DNA of 58,862 bases from Archaeoglobaceae archaeon (GTDB lineage: Archaea > Halobacteriota > Archaeoglobi > Archaeoglobales > Archaeoglobaceae): positions 1 to 58,862 of the forward strand of contig JASKJN010000001.1 in the NCBI GenBank assembly GCA_030153385.1. The letters are read 5' to 3'. A program made the position numbers and the translations under genes. A model generated the notes under the pieces. That model was not told the origin of the DNA. It saw nothing but the letters and a program-made list of their open reading frames with translations, and searched no databases. Shown in pieces: positions 56,996-58,862 of this stretch (position 1 is its first letter; each line of letters opens with the position of its first letter).

Positions 56996-58862
56996 GCTTT
57001 TCAAGTATTATCCTGCGCTCCGCTCTCGCGACGACTTCACGGATCTTCTGCACCATATCTGGATTCGCGGAAACGCTGTCAATTCCAATTTCAACAAGCT
57101 TTTCCACAACAGCAGGATAGCTTCCCGCCTGCCCGCAAATTGAGGTCTTCACACCATGTTCCTTGCAGATCTTTATAGTTCTCTCGATCAGCTTCATCAC
57201 AGCTGGATGGGTCTCATCGTAGAGATATGCAACGTTCTCGTTATTTCTGTCCACTGCAAGAGTATACTGGGTCAGATCGTTCGTTCCAAGGCTTATGAAA
57301 TCGATTCCTTCTTTTATCAGGTCCTCAATTATAAGCGCCGCTGCGGGAGTTTCAACCATTATACCGAAATCGATCTTATCCAGCGGAATTCCTTCTTCAA
57401 TTGCAATTCTTTTTGCCTTCCTTATCTCTTCTGGACTGACGATCAGCGGTAGCATTATGCCAACATTGGTGTACCCTTCGTCTATTAGCCTCTTTATTGC
57501 TCTCATCTCCGCTCTGAAATGCATTTCCTCTGCAAGATCCCTCCGAATTCCCCTGAAGCCAAGCATCGGATTTGCTTCTATTGGCTCATCTTCTCCACCT
57601 TTCATTGCTCTGAACTCATCTGTCGGAGCATCTATCGTTCTTATCCAGACCGGTTTTGGATAAAAAGCCTTCAAAACCTTCTTCATCTCGTTGTAGAGCA
57701 GTTCGACATATCTATCGATCTCCCCCTCCTTTATAAACTTCATTGGATGCTTTTCAAACGATAGGATCATGTGCTCGATCCTGAAAAGTCCGACTCCGTC
57801 TGCATTTGTCTCCTTTGCAACCTTTTCTGCAGCATCTGGCAGTGATATGTTCACCTTTACCTCTGTAGCGGTTATTATTGGCGCTGAAACAGGAGTGGTC
57901 GTGAGCTCTTCCTTCTTGGCAACTTCAAGTCTTCCAAGATAGACTATTCCTTTTTCTCCGTCTACAGTTACGAGCATACCGTCTTTCAGCACTTTTGTGG
58001 CTTTTTTAGTGCCGACAACCGCTGGAACTCCAAGTTCTCTCGAAACTATTGCAGCATGGCAAGTCATTCCACCTTCGTCTGTGACGATTGCGGACGCCTT
58101 TTTCATCGCGGGAACCATGTCAGGTGTTGTCATCACAGCGACGAGAACATCGCCTTCCTTAACTTTCGAGATGTCCTTCTCGCTTCCCACAATCTTTACT
58201 TCACCAACCGCAATGCCGGGAGAAGCTCCAAGACCCTTCAATAGGATTTTTCCAGCTTCTTCGGGCTCAATTTTTTCCTCTTTTGTCCCTCTTATGGTCG
58301 TTATGGGCCTCGACTGTACGATGTAGATCTCTCCACCTTCAATGGCCCACTCGATATCCTGTGGCTTGCCGTAGTGTTCCTCTATCACTTCTCCTAAATC
58401 AACGAGCCTGACTATCTCTTCATCTGATAGCACCCTTTCCTTTCCCTTTTCTCCGAGTTCAACCCTTTCATTTCCATTTTTTCTCACGATCATGAACTTC
58501 TTTTCAGCAACATTTACTTCCAAAAGCTTTCTTCCAATCCTATCGTAAACGTAAGTGTCAGGTGTGACGAGTCCACCAACTATTGCCTCTCCCAAGCCGA
58601 AAACCGCTTCAATTATGCACTTCTTCTCTCCGGTGATAGGGTGGGAGGTGAACATTACCCCACTTTTCTCGCTGTTGACCATCTTCTGCACAACGATTGC
58701 GATGCTGACGTCCTCATGCTTGAAACCTTTTTGAGCGCGGTAATAAATAGCCCTTGGTGTGAAGAGGCTCCCCCAGCATTCTTTCACTTTGTTGATAACT
58801 TCTTCTTCACCTTTAACGTTGAGATAAGTGTCCTGTTGCCCCGCGAAGCTTGCATCAGGCAG
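56982..58862 (-). CDS. ppsA: Phosphoenolpyruvate synthase (partial; N-terminus lies beyond the window end)
   Basis: The frame stays open to the window edge (...SFAGQQDTYLNVKGEEEVINKVKECWGSLFTPRAIYYR). Contains the phosphohistidine domain GGMTCHAAIVSRELGVPAVVG and the PEP-utilising TIM barrel SLGTNDLTQY. Confidence 0.9.
   Translation of the reverse strand: MPDASFAGQQDTYLNVKGEEEVINKVKECWGSLFTPRAIYYRAQKGFKHEDVSIAIVVQKMVNSEKSGVMFTSHPITGEKKCIIEAVFGLGEAIVGGLVTPDTYVYDRIGRKLLEVNVAEKKFMIVRKNGNERVELGEKGKERVLSDEEIVRLVDLGEVIEEHYGKPQDIEWAIEGGEIYIVQSRPITTIRGTKEEKIEPEEAGKILLKGLGASPGIAVGEVKIVGSEKDISKVKEGDVLVAVMTTPDMVPAMKKASAIVTDEGGMTCHAAIVSRELGVPAVVGTKKATKVLKDGMLVTVDGEKGIVYLGRLEVAKKEELTTTPVSAPIITATEVKVNISLPDAAEKVAKETNADGVGLFRIEHMILSFEKHPMKFIKEGEIDRYVELLYNEMKKVLKAFYPKPVWIRTIDAPTDEFRAMKGGEDEPIEANPMLGFRGIRRDLAEEMHFRAEMRAIKRLIDEGYTNVGIMLPLIVSPEEIRKAKRIAIEEGIPLDKIDFGIMVETPAAALIIEDLIKEGIDFISLGTNDLTQYTLAVDRNNENVAYLYDETHPAVMKLIERTIKICKEHGVKTSICGQAGSYPAVVEKLVEIGIDSVSANPDMVQKIREVVARAERRIILEKLRKL

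Overview
This 58.9-kb window looks like core chromosome of a (hyper)thermophilic euryarchaeon, probably Archaeoglobus-like. That placement is an inference from three observations. The 16S/23S rRNA is archaeal and far more G+C-rich than the AT-rich coding DNA. Lineage-typical genes are present: Ftr, MvhADG/HdrA, form III RuBisCO, PurP, FEN1, L40e and archaeal DtdA. A complete beta-oxidation gene set is also present. About 50 densely packed protein genes are present, and many are joined by 4-nt ATGA stop/start overlaps. There is one 16S-23S rRNA operon with no spacer tRNA and no 5S, and one tRNA-Thr(UGU). I saw no CRISPR array, transposase, integrase, prophage or recognisable defence island.

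Most worth follow-up:
1. A translationally coupled pair on the minus strand: an anchorless 2,435-aa secreted beta-helix/Ig-like giant protein plus a membrane-anchored beta-helix partner (34403-42957). The giant protein has large regions I cannot assign.
2. A seven-gene operon that joins a QmoC-like membrane FeS protein and two HdrA paralogues to MvhDGA hydrogenase, with no HdrB (44809-52563).
3. A 419-aa tandem-duplicated thymidylate-synthase fold whose N-terminal half has lost the catalytic Cys (8876-10135).
4. A ~540-bp strongly G-depleted non-coding tract enriched in ATCATCA motifs, next to a decayed copA (165-705).

Two frameshifts sit in long homopolymers (A9, G8) and may be sequencing artefacts. 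Novelty cannot be judged without database searches.
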